A stretch of DNA of 64,000 nucleotides, from the NCBI GenBank assembly GCA_030390025.1, contig CM059432.1, positions 124,684,001-124,748,000 of the forward strand. The letters are read 5' to 3'. A program made the translations under genes and the position numbers. This document shows, piece by piece, positions 61,605 to 64,000 of the stretch (position 1 is its first letter; each line of letters starts with the position of its first letter). Origin of the DNA: Squalus acanthias (lineage: Eukaryota). The notes under the pieces are model-generated. The model did no database searches and had not been told where the DNA came from. It worked only from the letters and a program-made list of their open reading frames with translations.

Positions 61605-62500
61605 AATCCATGATCCCACCACCAAACGCATCTTCCCCTCCCCTTTCAGCATTCCAAAGTGACCTCTCCTTCCGTGACACCCTGGTCCACTCCTCAATCA
61701 CCCCCTCCCCTTTCCACGGCACCTTCCTATGCCAGTGCAGGAGATGCAACACCTGCCCTTTTACCTCCTCCGTTCCCATTGTCCAGGGCCCCAAACGCTC
61801 CTTCCAGGTGAAACAATGATTTACTTGTACTTCTTGCAATTTAGTACACTGTATTCGCTGCTCATGATGCGGTCTCCTCTACATTGGGGAGACCAAATGC
61901 AGATTGGGTGACCGCTTTGTGGAACACCTCCGTTCAGTCCGTAAGCGTGACCCTGAGCTTCTGGTCGCCTGTCACTTTAATTCTCCGCTCCATTCCCCCT
62001 CTTACACTGTTCAAATGACGCTCAACGTAAGCTCGAGGAACAGCAACTCATCTTTCGATTAGGCACTTTATAGCCTTCTGGACTCAACATCGGGTTCAAC
62101 AATTTCAGACCATAACCTATGCTTCGATTTTTTCACATGGCAGCTGTTGATGACTCTGCGATTCCCATTTACACCTCCTCTAGACCCATTTTTTGTTTCT
62201 TAACTTTTCCTATTACCATCTCCTTTTGCCTTGCACCATCATCCCTTTTATCTTTTAATCACTCCTGCCTGGCTTCCACCCTATCACAGACCTTCCCTTT
62301 TGTTCTTTTCTCCCTTTCCCTGCCCCTGCACTTGCTTAAAATCTGTCAAATCTCGTTTTTTCCAGTTCTGACGAAAGGCCATCGACCTGAAACGTTAACT
62401 CTGTTTCTCTCACCACAGATGCTGCCTGACCTGCTGAATAGTTCCAGCATTTTCTGTTATTTCAGATTTTCAGCATCCGCAGTATTTTGCTTTTGTTGTG
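61605..62500 (+). mobile_element. Penelope-like element 3' part (GIY-YIG remnant plus pLTR with hammerhead at 62364-62400)
   Basis: CRRCNTC and VHCIRCS*CGLLYIGETKCRLGDRFVEHL; AGTT-CTGACGA-A-AGGCCATCGACCT-GAAA-CGTT-AACT. Confidence 0.88.
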
Positions 62501-64000
62501 CCATAATCCATGCTATTAAACTCCTAGTGAATTGCTCCCGAGTTTGCTTCGGGTTTGGCGGCCTCATTCACACAGGCTCCTCCCAAATCCAATTTGATCT
62601 GGTGGGGATTTATTTGGTCGTGACTGTATGAAGTCATGACTTCACAACTTTGTGCGTCCCAAACATGTAACTTTTGAAGGCATTAAAATAATTTATAACT
62701 TCCTCGCGGGAGGAACAACCACTTGTGCTAAACTGTTGCTCTTGGGGACCCAAATTGCAGGAGTTACAATGCAGTCTGAGATTTGTAGATAGGAGAAAAA
62801 TGCAAGTATGGAAAAATTAACATCTTTTTATAACTTTTTTTTCAGAAAAAGGTACTGATTGTGACTCCATTCTTTAAATCCTTAAAATAATGTTATAGTA
62901 ATAACTATCAGAGTGTCTTTGTCAGTAAGCTGTTTAAGTACTGTCATTTGATCCACACAGCCGTTGTTGTTTGCTTAATATGCATGTGATGGATGTAGCT
63001 TACCTTTTGAAATGATTTAGGCTAGGCATTTTGTGACTAGTCCCAGGACCAAAACTGATGTAAAATAAATCCCCATACTAATGGTGTGCTTCCATTCCAA
63101 CAGCTGTTTTATTGAAAGTTTTTTTAATAAATTAGAAGTTCTGAAAGTAACTTAAATGTTGGCAGCAATTGGTGTTTGCCTTTTTTGTATTTTTTTTGGT
63201 TCTCCTTCAAGGTAAGGGATGTTAGAAATGGAACACATCTAATATCAGCGCTCCCAGGTTAGGTAGCCCATTAAACCCTCCTGCCGTATAGGACTAAGCA
63301 CCATATCGGCTGGTAAAAGATGGTTACAGCCATGGAAGGAGGGTTCACGTTGCAGCCTATCGGCCTGCGAATCCTACCACTATTTCACACTATTCTCCAT
63401 GAGAAAAGTAAAGGTGCAGCAACTGAGAGTGAGTTTTGGGAAGAATAAACAAATAAAAATATTTACATCTTAAGCAAATCTGCCAGAGGGTTAAGGAAAC
63501 AAAGGTTGCATAATAATGCAAATAACTGAGCATTAGAGATTTTACAGAGAGAATAAAAAGTTATTTTCATCATAAAAACAAATTTCTTAAAGTAATATTA
63601 TGAATATTATAACTGAAGGCTGTGGACTGTATCTTTTAGTATAAGTAATGTGTATAGTATCTTTACCTTGTCAGTCACGTGATATTTTTCAGTAAATTTG
63701 TTGCATTACAGCACTGGGCAAGCCACGTAAAGGAGTAGAAACAACAATCCTGATCCCTGACTACCTTTAAGCAATATCACAGGAGATCCCAGTGTAATCT
63801 GTTAATACTGGTTATCCTATTCTACATTTCAGATATATAGAATATCCATTTTAGAGTTTGGTTGGTTATATGTACAGCAGAAGTGCATTTCTGATATTTG
63901 CCCGACCTGTTTGTATCCTGAAACCTTAAGGGAGTGTCACCATCAGCAGATCCTTTTTTAAAAACATTTTAACGAATTCTAATTTACTTGAAACTTTTTT

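Noticed and set aside
54118..64000. Search for TMX3 exon 4 (FYAPWCGHC)
   Set aside because: No matching codons seen; presumed to lie beyond the window.

Overview
Repeat-dense eukaryotic DNA. The repeat families point to a cartilaginous fish (shark/ray): HE1-like V-SINE, SacSINE1/AmnSINE-like Deu-SINEs, abundant CR1 and L2 LINEs. The only host gene I can identify is TMX3 (thioredoxin-related transmembrane protein 3) on the + strand, with its promoter and first three coding exons at 43134-43179, 43327-43381 and 54078-54117; the CGHC active-site exon must lie beyond the window. Almost everything else is nested mobile DNA: a cluster of PIF/Harbinger transposons with intron-containing Myb/SANT partner genes (2.4-24 kb), near full-length CR1 copies, a young CsRn1-type Ty3/Gypsy element (27901-32277), a 1345-bp solo LTR, a full-length Tigger/pogo element, and several Penelope-like fragments carrying minimal hammerhead ribozyme motifs. 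The most unusual items are (i) a perfect 95-bp-arm palindrome built from three hammerhead units inside TMX3 intron 2, (ii) a transposase-less Harbinger that keeps a Myb/coiled-coil/AT-hook gene, with an in-frame TGA at the same codon as in a second, diverged Harbinger, and (iii) a CR1 with a doubled 3' tail whose inner copy is strongly A-to-G hypermutated. Boundaries of old repeats are approximate; all family names come from motif recognition, not database searches.
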